The translations under genes were made by a program, and so were the position numbers. A stretch of 64,000 nucleotides of DNA, from assembly GCA_043228905.1 (NCBI GenBank), contig JBHGNT010000003.1, positions 22,258,001 through 22,322,000 on the forward strand, in the 5' to 3' direction. Positions 63,497 to 64,000 of this stretch are shown here, in pieces (position 1 is the first letter of the stretch; every line of letters begins with the position of its first letter). This DNA is from Azolla caroliniana (lineage: Eukaryota; Plantae; Polypodiophyta). A model generated the notes under the pieces. That model was not told the DNA's origin. It searched no databases and saw only the letters and a program-made list of their open reading frames with translations.

Positions 63497-64000
63497 ACGT
63501 GTTCTTTCTGGCGAAGTCGAACTTCAGTACGTTCCGACGGATCGGCAGGTTGCCGACATCTTCACCAAGCCTCTTGGTCTGGACAAGTTGCGGCAATTCT
63601 CAGGTGCGCTCGGGTTGCGTCACCTTGAGGGGGAGAACAGTCCCGAACGACCAAGCAAGGCAACAGGAAAGGAGCGGAGACCGCGACACCGAGTCAGTTG
63701 ACAAGTTCGACTTCGGATCGGCTGAAGAAGCCGAGGGCGGACCCGCGGAAAAGTTCGGAAGAGGACAAAAGGGGAGCAGCCGAAGGAGAGGGCCGAAACC
63801 ACGCCATCGAGGGCGAGAAGACCAAAGATGAGTTGGAGACAGCCAACTCGGACGAGAGCGAAAACCGATCAGAGGTAGCCGAGTCGGTTCGGATGGTTGA
63901 TTCAGATACGCTGAATCAACCGAGGCCCAAGTTAAAGAAAAGGCAGCAGGAGAAGCGTCAACACCGCAACAGCAAAAGAGCTAAGGGTCGCATGAGCAGA
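63497..64000 (+). mobile_element. Copia RNase H end and 3' region (probably the 3' part of the 51045 element)
   Basis: RVLSGEVELQYVPTDRQVADIFTKPLGLDKLRQFSGALGL. Confidence 0.8.

Overview
Eukaryotic plant nuclear DNA, probably from a non-seed land plant (fern, lycophyte or bryophyte). That call rests on the 18S rRNA fragment variant and the retrotransposon lineages present and is inference only. Roughly 70% of the window is nested LTR retrotransposons: two near-intact Tork-like Copia copies, several degraded Copia fragments, three members of a Gypsy lineage (tRNA-Trp PBS in the two that retain a 5' end; one near-intact), a Gypsy fragment with a long extra 3' ORF, and a chromovirus-derived element that carries an 18S rRNA fragment. 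The host-gene content is a small duplicated locus. It holds two papain-like cysteine protease copies (one apparently intact and running off the window, one pseudogene), a cluster of intronless TORNADO1-like LRR-Roc-COR (Roco) genes (one full length with a 5-bp frameshift, two decayed), and a BLE2/ARM-repeat-family pseudogene. Most notable: (1) a shared 5' flank plus an N-terminal module of about 70-85 aa that I do not recognise sits on both the Roco genes and the unrelated ARM-family gene; (2) two Gypsy copies share a GGAUUUU slippery site plus a predicted pseudoknot between gag-PR and RT-RH-IN; (3) an 18S rRNA fragment is fused to an inverted LTR end inside a TSD-flanked element. All calls are by eye; no searches were run.
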